From Octopus vulgaris (Eukaryota), in NCBI GenBank assembly GCA_951406725.2, contig OX597833.1, positions 7,688,001 through 7,752,000 of the forward strand: a stretch of 64,000 nt of DNA, given 5' to 3'. Below the pieces are notes generated by a model. The model was given only the letters and a program-made list of their open reading frames with translations. It had not been told where the DNA came from and ran no database searches. Below are positions 14,688 through 29,257 of the stretch, piece after piece (the stretch's first letter is position 1; every line of letters starts with the position of its first letter). The position numbers and the translations under genes are program-made.

Positions 14688-14906
14688 TAATAAGCTTATT
14701 GTATAGTGTTCAGTTACACGACAAATAATGTCGAAAATGTTGATGTAAAATAACTGTGATGTAATGCGGTTACGTGTTATGAAACGATTATGACAAAAGC
14801 GTTCATGGCATTGGGACACGGATTGTGGGGGTGTCATGTAAACTTACAGCTATTAAGGGTTGTAAGAAATGATGAAGGGCCCACGGAGGAATTGTGGAGG
14901 ATCTTT

Positions 14907-14972
<66 letters not shown>

Positions 14973-15022
14973 GTGTGTGTGTGTGTTATCCATGTTTATA
15001 TACGCATGTATCAGTGTATATG

Positions 15023-15077
<55 letters not shown>

Positions 15078-15109
15078 TATCCATATATACGCATGTATCA
15101 GTGTATATG

Positions 15110-15204
<95 letters not shown>

Positions 15205-15299
15205 ATCTATATGTATATAATCAGGCAATAATCTAATAGCTCTGCGTTGGCAAGACTTGAAAAAATATAGAAAAGAGTGAAAGGCGTAGAGTGAAATTG

Positions 15300-16255
15300 C
15301 CGTGAGGAGTAGAATATCCAACGTTTCGGATTAAATCCTTTGTCAGGGTGCAGAGGAAAAACAGAAGAAAAAGAGAAAAAAGTCAGAGTTTACATCCTCT
15401 CAGCTTGAAAAACTGGCTGCAACTGATAATGGACCCAGAATAACATGGGCTGCTAACGTGAAACAGAAGTTATAGGAGAGGGTGTACAGAAAGGAGGAGG
15501 AAAAGGGTGATGGAGAGAGTAGAGGTAAGTAAATACAAGAATGTTGCAGAGAGAGGGTGGAAGGAGGATTAAAAAGGGTAAAAAAAGAATTAAGAGGAGG
15601 TGAAAGGACGAAAGGAAAAAACGTTCATTCATACCTGTTGGGGACATAGTGCCAAGATCAAATATGAGACCTTGCTCCTTTCATTTCCTACAGAAGTGGG
15701 TTCCTAGACAAGTGGGGTGCAAGGCCATGCCAAACACTGATGAACCTGCAATAGAATGGATTCACAGAGCTGAAGTAAGTGGTGAGAGGTTGGCCTGGCA
15801 TACGTAGCATTATGCTTATGTGTTCGCGAAAGCGATCCCCAAGGCGTCGCCCTGTTTCTCCAATGTAAAGAGCACCGCAGAGTTTGCATATGATGCAATA
15901 TATGAGATTCGCCGAAGTGCAACAGAAGTGGTGCGTTACGTGATATTGCTTCTTGGGCCCCGTGGTGGTGGTAATATTGTTGATGTAGGGGCATGTGTTA
16001 CATCGTCGGCGGGAACATCTAATGGTTCTTGGCTGTGCGGAGCTGAGAGCTGCGAAGCTTCTGACAAGATTTCTAAGAATCCTATCTTTCTTAAAAGAAA
16101 GGAAAGGCGGTGTAGAAAAAATTAGGGGTGGTTGTTGGGTCAGAAAGAAGAATGCGACAGTTGTGGGTGAGTTTGTGCTATAGAAGGGGGATGAATGGGT
16201 GGTAGGTGAGAGAGAGTGGAATACAGGCGGTGGAAGTGCGTGAAGATGGTATTCC
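15300..16255 (-). mobile_element. Penelope-like element remnant: GIY-YIG endonuclease and pseudo-LTR region
   Basis: Minus frame reads CSRRRCNTCPYI...HFCCTSANLIYCIICKLCGALYIGETGRRLGDRFREH, then EQGLIFDLGTMSPTGMNERF; degenerate hammerhead-like motif at 15315-15350; inverted duplication at the 5' end. Confidence 0.9.
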
Positions 16256-16342
16256 GTTCTCTCTCACCTACCACCCACCCATCCCCCCTCTATAGCACAA
16301 ACTCACCCACAACTTTCGCATTCTTCTTTTTGACCCAACAAC

Positions 16343-16468
<126 letters not shown>

Positions 16469-16472
16469 CATT

Positions 16473-16632
16473 GGCGCAGGCGTGGCTGAGTGGTAAGTAG
16501 CTTGCTTACCAACCAGACGGTTCCAGGTTCAGTCCCACTGCGTGGCATCTCAAGCAAGTGTCTTCTACTATAGCCTCGGGCCGACCAAAGCCTTTATTTG
16601 TATAGATACGTATATATATGAGTGTGCGTGTG

Positions 16633-16673
<41 letters not shown>

Positions 16674-16920
16674 TTGTGTGTGTTTGTGTGTTTGTGTGTT
16701 TGTGTGTGTGGATATGTTTGTGTGTCTGTGTTTGTTTCCCCCACCATTGCTTGACAACCGATGTTGGTGTGTTTACGTCCCCGTCAATTAGCGGTTCGAC
16801 GAAAGAGACCGATAGAATAAGTACTAGGCTTACAAAGAATAAGTTCTGGGGTCGATTTGTTCGACTAAAGGCGGTACTCCAGCATGGCCACAGTCAAATG
16901 ACTGAAACAAATGAAAGAAA
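16473..16920 (+). mobile_element. SINE family A, near full length
   Basis: GGCGCAGGCGTGGCTGAGTGGTAAG...GGTTCAGTCCC; tail CCAGCATGGCCACAGTCAAATGACTGAAACAA. Confidence 0.9.
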
Positions 16921-16947
16921 TATATACATACCTACGTACATACATAC

Positions 16948-17010
<63 letters not shown>

Positions 17011-17050
17011 AATATACGTGCATGTATATATGCATATGTTTATATGTACG

Positions 17051-17107
<57 letters not shown>

Positions 17108-17276
17108 GGATGGATAGATAGATGGATATTTGCATATATACTGAGCTTACGTCTAGATTTCATGTATATCTCTGATTATATTAGCCATTAAAATTGTATT
17201 AGTTATAAATCTGTGCGTGTGTGTGTATACATTTATAGATACTTATATAACAAAGTATATATATGGATGCATGCGT

Positions 17277-17312
<36 letters not shown>

Positions 17313-17618
17313 TGAGATGCATAATTATATGTTCACAATGCTATATATCTGTTTTCTAATCTATTTACATATCTATTATAAGCAATCATAAAGAAACGAG
17401 ACGAAGTGAAATACAAATAGGGAGGGTGTTGATATGAGGAGAGTGTATAGAGCGATTGTAGACTATGAGGATATTGGAGTCATTGGATATAGTAAATAAT
17501 TGACTGTCATGGGAAATATATACACTCGTACTTAAATGTATAGGCATATGCGTGTGTATGTGCGGCTGTATATATGCACATACACACGCAAACACACATA
17601 TATGTACATACATACGTT

Positions 17619-17693
<75 letters not shown>

Positions 17694-17969
17694 GTATGTA
17701 TACATGTATATATACGAAAAACAATGTGATATCTGTGCGGTTGAGTGAAGTGTTGTTAACAAGTGTATATTCAATATACGCGCGGTGATATGTGTGTGAG
17801 TGTATTTGTATGTGTTATGTGTCTGTATTTATAGACACACAATATATACATTGTCTATGTTGGCTGCATAAACACACATGTATGTATATGAATACAAGTA
17901 TACATACATATGTGTGGATATACATATGGATATATATATGTATATATATGTATTCACACACGCACAAAC

Positions 17970-18009
<40 letters not shown>

Positions 18010-18749
18010 ATATATATAGAGAGAGAGATATGTATGTATGTATGTATAATCCGTTTTTGTATTTGGCGTACAAGATTCTTGATGTGAAATCGCGTGTTGA
18101 AACAAATCTTGTTGTGTCATTGGAGGGTCATAATGTCAATAATAATAACACATGCACTGGTTCAATATCACTTCCTTATTTCTAGTCAATCGGTTAAGTA
18201 TCTACCCAGCTAACTAACCGATCGTTTGTTTAATCTGTTATTTAACCAATCGGTTGTTTGTCCAATTAGGGATAGCATCATTGACATAACTTCAGTCATC
18301 AAATACTTCATGACTAATTCATATAAACTAAGATCTACCCCAGATGACAAGTCTTGGCTAAGCGAAGATGCGACTCTACTCTATACTCTTTTCTCTCTCA
18401 TCCTTTCTCTAGTTCCTTCTTTTTTTTCTCCCCTTCATCGTTTTCTATCTGTCTCTCTCTCTCTTTCTCTCACCCTCTTTCTCCGTTTCTCTCTCTCGTT
18501 ACTCACACATGACCATCGTCCATCTTTCTCTTCCTCACGTGATCATCTTTCTTTTCTTTCAGGACTGTCTTAAGGACAGCACGTATCCTATCTCTCTTTT
18601 CTATCTTTCCTCTTTTCAAAGAAAATATTTCTCCAGCGTTTGCTATTTTACCCTCGTTCTGGTCTAACGACCCTCCATGTGTATTTTCGTTCGGTTTCCT
18701 TCTATGTCTCCAGTGTCCTGTTTTTTTTCCCCAACATTGACCTTCCATA

Positions 18750-18970
18750 AATCCCAAATTTTATTTTGGTATTTGTTGGAGCAACTGTCTTCGTAGACTC
18801 ATATTGTCGTTCAACGCTCGAAATGAGGAGCAGATAGTCAGTTAACAACTGATGAAGTGTCGTTCTTTATGTTACTTGTCCTGTTTTCTATTTGTGTCTC
18901 TCGTTGTTTGCGTATCCAACTCATTTGCTTTTGTATTTCATGTTGTTTACTGTGGGTGACGTCCTGTACC
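18750..18970 (+). mobile_element. (TA)n-associated non-autonomous repeat, PLE-like
   Basis: Homologous to the reverse complement of 59540-59770 (GCTCGAAAT...CAACTGATGAAG..TCGTTC..TG.TACTTGTC.TGTTTTC). Confidence 0.55.
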
Positions 18971-18972
18971 TA

Positions 18973-19036
<64 letters not shown>

Positions 19037-19324
19037 TATTCTTAAATTTGACAGGAAAAGGGAGGCTGATTCGCTAGCGTAAAGGTAACACACTAACGTT
19101 AACAAAGGGATGTGGGTTCGACTCTCACGCGGATGGGAAAGCCTTCTTTCTGCTGTCGAGGGCTTATATGCCCTTTTATCAGGCTATTTTCCTTAGTCAT
19201 TGCACGGTGATCGCCATAAGCTTTAAGCGTATATCAAAATACCATTATTATTATTTACAGGATTGTAAAAACGGCGCCGTATAAAAAACCATTCGCATCG
19301 AAAAAAATATAGAGATGGTCACCC

Positions 19325-19810
19325 AACAGTGTAACATTAACAGTGGACCTTGAAACAATCCAGCGAAGCTTCATAAAGAAGACCGTCTCGTTGCAACAGC
19401 TTAGCTACTGGGAAATGCTGAAACAGCTAAGACTCTATTCCCTGGAGTGAAGGCGGGAGAAATATGCAGTAATATACATCTGGAAGATCCTGGAAGGAAT
19501 TGTGCCAAATTTTGGCACTGAAAGTTACACCAATTCCAGAACGGTTCAACACTGCACAGTACTAAAAGGTCCCAGCAATGCCATTGCGTTTCAGGACCAG
19601 TTGCTGCAACAGCCTGGGTTTCAGGGGCCTACAGATTCTTAATATTTTCCCAAAGAGCCTGATGGGCCTACACAAAGTGGATGTCAGTGTTTTCAAATCA
19701 AAACTGGACCTCTTCCTGTCGAGTGTCCCAGATGAACCTTCCTCGCGGCAAGAGGTGCAAATGAGGATAACGCCATCAAAATCCCTTATTCACTAAAGGT
19801 CTCTGGTGTT
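19325..19810 (+). mobile_element. CR1-type LINE 3' fragment, decayed
   Basis: LETIQRSF...LSYWEMLKQLRLYSLE*RREKYAVIYIWKILEGIVPN and FKSKLDLFLSSVPDEP. Confidence 0.85.
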
Positions 19811-20332
19811 GTTGGATGACACTAGGGAGTCGCTCGAGGGATGAGCATATATATTTAAATATATAAATATATATATTTATACACACACACACATACAACA
19901 CTCGTAAAAAATTTAATTTAAATGAGTACGTAATTTCAGGAGGAGTACATAAAAACAATATCGACGGAAGTAAAGTATATGTGTAAATATTTCTCTTGCC
20001 CTCTCTCCCTCTCTCTCTCTCTTTGTCTCTTTGTCTCTCTCTATCTATCTCTATCTATCTCTCCCCATCTATCTCCCTCTCATCATATATATATATATAT
20101 ATATAGTGTGTGTGTGTATGTGTTGTGAGTGCATCAAAGCTTCCAAACTAAAACTGTTCGTCTCCGAATAATAATTCCACGCTGCACCACACGAATGCTT
20201 TATCCATTTACAAAATATATTCTATGAAAAATTTGTCTTTATCAAATTTACAATATTCATCGAACTCTTCGAAGCCTAAAGAAAGATTGCCTAAATCCCT
20301 AATCCAAATAGATTATATCTTATTAATATAAC

Positions 20333-20495
20333 TGGCTGAATCGTTAGCACGCCGGGCTAAGTTCATAGCGGCATCTAATTCTTAGTTCAAATTCCGCCGT
20401 GGTCGACATTGCCTTTCATCCTTTCGGAATCGATATAGATAAGTACCAGATGAACATGGTAGTCGACTGGCTTTGTTCCGAAATTTGAAACTAAA
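20333..20495 (+). mobile_element. SINE family B, degenerate
   Basis: CTGGCTGAATCGTTAGCACGCCGGGC...GTTCAAATTCCGCCG...GCCTTTCATCCTTTCGG. Confidence 0.8.
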
Positions 20496-20641
20496 ATCTA
20501 TAAACGTGTACCCGCTCAGTATATTTTCGGAAAAATATTAAATTAATTTTTTTGCCCTCAAAACGCTGGGGCAATGTTACACCTTTTATAACAGAAAAAA
20601 AAGCAGTATATGCGTATATATATATATATACGTACATTTAG

Positions 20642-20697
<56 letters not shown>

Positions 20698-20935
20698 GTG
20701 TGTGTGTTATGTAAATGTACGTTGCTAGCTTTCTAACAAAGGGGTCTAATGCTCTTAGCTTAGACTTTTGTGGGGACAACCAGATCGAACCATCTCAAGT
20801 GTAACTGTCCGAAATGGTGGTGACTTCTGATACTTCACTGCTGAAAGAAAACCAAGAATGACCCGTCTTTTTTTTGCCTGTCCTTCTAATTGTTTCTCTT
20901 GTCCGCCTTTGTGTCCTCTATTGTATTTTTGTTCC

Positions 20936-20997
<62 letters not shown>

Positions 20998-21069
20998 ATA
21001 TACATACAAAGATGTTTATTAGGGGCATGTACATAATAACCATACACACACAAATAATTTTAGATTATA

Positions 21070-21470
21070 TCTCTATATATATAAAGCTGAAGTTGTCTGT
21101 GTGTGTGTGTATGGCAGGTTTGGTAGCCTTCAACTAACACTATCTTCTCCGAGACCCTGCAGCGCAAGTTGACCAAAGTTGAGAGCATGATAGAGGAAGG
21201 CTTGCTCTACCTTCTGCAGGAGAAAAAATTCAAATCAGACCATGTTAACACCAAATATTATTTACATCAAAAAGATGCATTTTTTCTATGAAAATCCCTA
21301 TTCTTTACGATTTTTTGACTGCTGTGTCGCCATTTTTCGGTGTATTTCAACCAGAAAAATGTTAACTTAAAGACAATAAACAAGCTACGTAATGCGAAAT
21401 GATTACTTTTCAAAAATTCCAATTCTAAAGGGTCGAAACAAACCCGAGCAACGCCGGGCGATACTGCTAG
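21070..21470 (+). mobile_element. non-autonomous Helitron (401 bp)
   Basis: 5' TC start, subterminal hairpin CCCGAGCAACGCCGGG, 3' CTAG end, inserted between host A (21069) and T (21471) with no TSD. Confidence 0.85.
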
Positions 21471-21594
21471 TGTACATATACATACATAAATATATATACA
21501 TATACATACATATTATATAGTTATATATATATATATATACATATACATATACATATACATACATACTTATATATATATATATATATATATACTT

Positions 21595-21628
<34 letters not shown>

Positions 21629-21638
21629 ACATATATAG

Positions 21639-21672
<34 letters not shown>

Positions 21673-21673
21673 C

Positions 21674-21704
<31 letters not shown>

Positions 21705-21780
21705 TAGGACGGATAGAGACAGAGAAAGTAAGATTTTCCGAGTACTACTTTTTCCATCTTGTTTTACATTCATGTTTACT

Positions 21781-21862
<82 letters not shown>

Positions 21863-22122
21863 CGTGCGGACACACACATGTATTTATTTATATATTACGC
21901 TATATTTTATAGCATTATATTACAATTCTATTCTCATGATATGAATAAATACATATTTTCATACATTTCTATGTATGTTTAGAATATGTATATAAGTGTG
22001 TGTGTACGTAATGGAGAGTATATACACACATACATTTATATACAAATATATGTGTGTATGTGTGCGTATTTTTCTGTATGTACATGTGTGTACATGTACA
22101 CATGGATAGAGAATATTATACC

Positions 22123-22166
<44 letters not shown>

Positions 22167-22189
22167 TGCATGTATGAATATATATATAG

Positions 22190-22271
<82 letters not shown>

Positions 22272-22325
22272 GGTGCAACGTATAAAGATTATGTCTGCAT
22301 CAGAATATGCGTGTGCATATATATG

Positions 22326-22411
<86 letters not shown>

Positions 22412-22721
22412 TTTTTACATTCGTATACAGTTTTCAATTCCAATGTAATGTCAAAATTATTATAATTATGTATATAATCATATATATTTGTATATGTATA
22501 TACATATAGTTATTTAAACCTATAGATTTCTATATATAAATATAGAGGAGGTGAGGCTTACATGCCAGTCCGGAAACCGGTTCACGCGAGTCTAAATGCT
22601 TGAATGTATGTTTTCAGACGGTTGATTTCTCTAGTTATTTTCAATGTATTTTGGCGATTTAAATAAGAGTTTTGACTGTTATTTCCAGCAGTTAGAGATA
22701 CCTAGTGTATCCTTTCATCAA

Positions 22722-22793
<72 letters not shown>

Positions 22794-22795
22794 AC

Positions 22796-22839
<44 letters not shown>

Positions 22840-23079
22840 GTCTCTTTCATTCTTTTGTTATCTTACCGTTTTTATCAACATATATATATATATTGATAAA
22901 AACGGTAAGATAACAAAACAATGAATATTATGTAAATAGAGGAATTTATCTGTAAATATAATATGATGCAGTTATTCGGTATCCAAGATAAAACTCCGGG
23001 TTTCGGATGCCGAGGTGGAAATTCACTCCGCGGCGAATAATTGTCACATAGATATGTATATATATATATACATACTTAT

Positions 23080-23124
<45 letters not shown>

Positions 23125-23219
23125 CATATATAAACCGGACTAAAGCCGGAGCCGGACTATTTTATGCGCAACTTTTGCCTCCCACGACAAATTATTGTCT
23201 CCCACGACAAAAATGATGC

Positions 23220-23348
<129 letters not shown>

Positions 23349-23729
23349 GTATATCTACATATATCTACATATATAGATGCACATATACAAACATATATGT
23401 TTAACCCTGCACATATATATTTAGCAATGTATATATAATATATATATATATTGCTGTAGTTTCAGCTGACAGCTGCGGCCATGCTGATGCATATTCATAT
23501 ATAGTGTTATATTTCAAAATATCAAAATTTTTGTAATATATATACGTATACTCATACATTTATATACTTATATACATATACATATTTAAACGACCTCGAA
23601 CCCACAAGAGTAAGCAAGAGAGAGACAGAGACAGGCAGAAACAAGGAAAATGCCCCCTGTATTTGAATACTATGCAAATATTCTTTTAATAAACTTTTCA
23701 TTTAATTTTTCCAAAATTTAATTGTTTTC

Positions 23730-23790
<61 letters not shown>

Positions 23791-23804
23791 GTATATATGT
23801 ATAT

Positions 23805-23904
<100 letters not shown>

Positions 23905-23983
23905 ACGTTTATGAATTTGTGTTGCAAGATTCTTGATGCGAAACCGTGCGTTTAAACAGATATTGTTATATTTCGGGAGTAAT

Positions 23984-24022
<39 letters not shown>

Positions 24023-24193
24023 TCATATTTATATGCATATAGATATACATTATATACACACACACATACATATATGCACGTGTAGATACAGATATATTTA
24101 TATGCCTAAATATATTGATATGTATATATGATAAAATGTATACAGACACACACACACACATGTAAACATTTGTATACGTATGTGTGTGTGTGT

Positions 24194-24236
<43 letters not shown>

Positions 24237-24826
24237 TGAGTGTGTAAGTATTTACACATAGCGTAACTACGCGAACATATTTTACCATATATTTGTGGGT
24301 GTATGTATGACAGAGTGTATACAATTAAACTCACAGATGTTTCATTTGCCCTGAATAATCCAACCTATTTTCATTGTAAATTAAATCTGACGTAATAGAA
24401 ACTTGTTCTCGTTTTTAATATTGTATTGCTACACTTTTAGCCGTCACTGGTTCGAATTAAACTCCATCCAATATATTTTGAAGTGCAAATAAAATTCCTT
24501 GGGAGTTAGCACGAATTTTTGAAAGTCATTAGTGTGGTAAATATTTAATTGATACCAGTAATTAATACCCAGTTTATCTCTGTGCACGTATATATGCGCT
24601 TACATATAGATATAGATAATTAAAAATAGGATAAAATCTTTATAAGAATTTATTAAGTAGTTAGCGTGAAAAACCTCATAAGGGAAAAATATTATTAATT
24701 ATTCCCTTTAAATATATTACTATACATAAATGCCTCACGGTAGGAGGGACTCTTAAAGTCAAAACTACCATAATAAACACAGATAGATACGTATCCATAG
24801 ATATAGATAGATACACAGATAGATAA

Positions 24827-24892
<66 letters not shown>

Positions 24893-25052
24893 GCTTGTAT
24901 GTATATATGTATATTTTAGAATGTGTGTGTGTGTATCTACTTATGTGTATATGTATAAAGCACCCTTATATGTATGTACCCGTACACGCACACACTCGCA
25001 CACACACGCACACACACACGAGCGCATACGCGTGCAAACACACGCGTGCGCG

Positions 25053-25091
<39 letters not shown>

Positions 25092-25166
25092 CTACTACTA
25101 CTCTTTTCCGCGTTCAGTAATGATCCACTCCTCACTCTGTTGTTATGTTCCATCTTATCTTTCCAG

Positions 25167-25282
25167 TGGGACAGCTGAACAAATATGTGGACACCCCTAT
25201 GATACCCGACCTGAACCTAGCCAACCGCCTGGTGCACCACCCCAGCTACGACCTGTCCTACCTCTATAGGGCCGCTCATTGA
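25167..25282 (+). CDS. probable terminal coding exon of an unidentified gene: xGQLNKYVDTPMIPDLNLANRLVHHPSYDLSYLYRAAH*
   Basis: Good polypyrimidine acceptor (ttccatcttatctttccag); 37 codons with strong C/G third-position bias; TGA at 25280-25282; non-microsatellite 3' UTR ending near AATAAA. Confidence 0.65.
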
Positions 25283-25737
25283 GCCACAGGCAACCACAGA
25301 CCTAAACAATGCAATCATCACTACTGCCATAAGCATTATCAGCTTCACCACCCCAACAACCACCCAGGGGTGGACTGTACTCATAACTGACAAAGAGGTC
25401 GTATTACTGAACTCCCATTTTCATCTAGCTGATGTTGTGTACTCATGCTACCCATATACCCGAGCTGGACGCTACTCTTACTCGGCATCTCTTTCTCAGT
25501 ACTCTTTTACATGCCACATGGACGGACAGTATTTTCATGTGACGTTGGAGGACGGTACTCTTTAATGGCACCTGTGTGGACTGTACTCTCACATGGAACT
25601 TGTACTCCATCAACATGACACGTAGATAACTATACTCCCATATGGAAACCATGTACACAGGCTGCAGAGTACTTTCTTACACTACATGCATACATATATA
25701 CATACAACTTGTTGGATTGTACACTTGTATGCGACCA

Positions 25738-25743
25738 AATAAA
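25738..25743 (+). promoter_or_regulatory. candidate polyadenylation signal AATAAA
   Basis: About 455 nt downstream of the stop codon of the exon at 25167, near the end of the complex-sequence island. Confidence 0.5.
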
Positions 25744-26028
25744 AGTAAATGTGAACTGTACTTCTTCATGGTACCTATTAACAACTTGTTTAAAATAAGC
25801 CGTTGAGTTTTTGGCGTACTAATCATGCTAAAATCTCAGCATCATAGACGAATATAATGCACGAACATTCGTGCACGAAGACCGACACAACTTTACACTT
25901 ATCGATATCCTTACACAGTCACATATTTACACACATCTATACTCATACGTATCCACTTGTATACACATATGCATAGACACATACTACATACATACATACA
26001 TACACACATACATACATACACACACACA

Positions 26029-26062
<34 letters not shown>

Positions 26063-26190
26063 CATACATACATACATACATACATACATACGTACATACA
26101 TACATACATACATACATACATACATACATACATACATACATACATACATACATACACATGTATAGACATAATGTGACTTGAGTACTGTTT

Positions 26191-26386
26191 ACAATTGCAG
26201 CGTGGAAGGTGTTTGTAAGCCATTTAAGAAACACACAAAAGCCGTTCGGTTCACTTCAACATTTAAGTTTAATTTGTCAAAATATTTTCATCGCTAAAAT
26301 GGCTTACAAACACCTTCCACGCTGCAATTGTTTTCGTTCCAGCACACGATCTCAGATCAAATCACTTGCTATGCGAGTACATCTCC
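26191..26386. mobile_element. short retroelement (PLE-like) insertion with internal inversion and 12-bp flanking direct repeat
   Basis: GAGTACTGTTTA at 26180-26191 and 26387-26398; 35-bp inverted repeat at 26191-26225 and 26297-26331. Confidence 0.65.
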
Positions 26387-26853
26387 GAGTACTGTTTAGT
26401 TTTCTATAAAAAAGTAAATGAAAATATACAATTAGAACAATTCGCAGATTCACACACACATATATAACATACATATATATTTACATTTATATATATATGT
26501 ATGTATATATATATTCACATATGTGTGTGTGTGTGTATGTGTGCGTATTTACATAGTTGCGTACATACATGTATATAAATATTTGATTTATTTTTGTACA
26601 TCGTGTTTTAGAAGAACTGAGAATTTTGAAACCTTTCCGTTGTCGGCCAAATCTTCAGCTACCTTTTCGGTGGAGCAAATTCCTATAAAAAGACTTGCTT
26701 AACCCTTACGTTCATGCATATATCGTGCATATGCACACATATGCGCACGCACGCAGACACACAACATAGAATATTCATAGATATGCGCGTGCACTGTCGG
26801 TGACAAAATTATAAGTGAAAATTACATTCATATATACATACAAACATATATAT

Positions 26854-27259
26854 TACTCTTTTACTCTTTTACTTGTTTCAGTCATTTGACTGTGGCCATG
26901 CTGGAGCACCGCCTTTAATCGAGCAACTCAACCCCGGGACTTATTCTTTTGTAAGCCCAGAACTTATTCTATCGGTCTCTTTTGCCGAACCGCTAAGTGA
27001 CGGGGACGTAAACACACCAGCATCGGTTGTCAAGCAATGCTAGGGGGACAAACACAGACACACAAACATACACGCACACACATATATATATACATATATA
27101 CGACGGGCTTCTTTCAGTTTCCGTCTACCAAATCCACTCACAATGCATTGGTCGGCCCGGGGCTATAGCAGAAGATACTTTCCCAAGGTGCCACGCAGTG
27201 GGACTGAACCCGGAACCATGTGGTCGGTTAGCAAGCAACTTACCACACAGCCACTCCTA
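26854..27259 (-). mobile_element. SINE family A, full length
   Basis: Reverse complement of family A, including CACCTTGGGAAAGTATCTTCTGCTATAGCC (CORE-like segment). Confidence 0.9.
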
Positions 27260-27301
27260 TAAACATATATATATATATATATATATATGTACGTGTTTGT
27301 A

Positions 27302-27348
<47 letters not shown>

Positions 27349-27954
27349 CTAGTGCACACATCGCGGCGTATCTGTTGAATCTGTGTTCAATCTGTAAATG
27401 AAACAATAACAGAAGATCGACGTGAAGCTATAATCTTATTGTTGCCAAAATATCAATGAACGTCAATTGTTTGTTAATTCAAGAATGATTCCATATTGTC
27501 TCTGTCTCTTGGTCTCTTCAGTTGGCCTACCTCTTTCTCTTCATCTCTCTCTCTCTTTCTCTCTCCCCTCTCTCTCTCTCCCCTTTCTCTCTCACTCTCT
27601 CTCCTATTATAAAAATCTGTCTGAATATGGTCTTAGTTGCTTGTCTTCAAAATAAAAACAATTTTACTCTGAATTCTAAAACGTATTGCGTTCTTTTTTC
27701 TGTCACTGCTCTTGGTGTTTGAATTAAAAATGAGGAAACCTCTCTATGTGTGTGTGTGTGTGTGTGGTATGTATCCCTTTTTTGCTATGAAAATGTAACA
27801 ATTTCTGCCAGTTTCAGCCATTATTGCATCAAGTGCGTACGCCAGAGAGAGTTTCATCAGAAACGGAGAGTAACCAAATGGTTTCTTTTCGATTTGTACA
27901 ATTATAAAAATTATCGATCACTGGAATTCATTAAAACTGTTTTCATAACACACA

Positions 27955-28025
<71 letters not shown>

Positions 28026-28269
28026 ACATACTCTCTCAAAATAAGCCATGGGGTCGATTCATTCATCTAAACATTCTTCGAGGCGGTGCCTCTGCATGGC
28101 CACCGTCTTATGACTGACACGAGTATATGTACATGTGCATACATAATATAAAGACACGCGCACACATACACGTGTGCGTGTGTGTGTTCACATATATATC
28201 TATGTATATACGTTTATATATATATATACTTATATGCTAGTATCTATGTAGATAGACAGACAAACAGTT

Positions 28270-28690
<421 letters not shown>

Positions 28691-28853
28691 AAGCATATGC
28701 ATATATGTACATGCATGTATTCATATACGCATACATTATGTTCGCAGCAGAGTGCCGTTCGTTGAGGGCAGCCAAGAGCCAAGAGCCAAGTATTTGCGCT
28801 GAACCGAGCGATGCATTTTGTCTGCCGCCCAATTATCCAGATGTGTTTGTATA

Positions 28854-28888
<35 letters not shown>

Positions 28889-29027
28889 AATTGAATTTTG
28901 CAGATTCGTTGCTCTTTTTCCGCTTCATTTATTGCCCAGTTGTCCGTTCGTTATTCGTTTTCAGGTTCGATTGCTCTGTGGAGACAGAAATTGCTTGCAT
29001 TACTTTTACAATACTTATGCAGCGCGT

Positions 29028-29107
<80 letters not shown>

Positions 29108-29212
29108 ACACGCACACGCACACGCACACACACACATACACATTACACACAAATATTTGTTTGAGTGTTTATTTATATGTATCTATGTATGTATATACAC
29201 AAATGTATATGC

Positions 29213-29257
<45 letters not shown>

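Noticed and set aside
17421-17491. Protein-like frame EGVDMRRVYRAIVDYEDIGVIGY ending at gtaaat
   Set aside because: No polypyrimidine tract at the acceptor, and its phase is incompatible with the neighbouring candidate exon.
19065-19135. tRNA-like A/B boxes (GGTTCGACTC); similar at 47295-47365
   Set aside because: No complete cloverleaf; most likely decayed SINE heads rather than tRNA genes.
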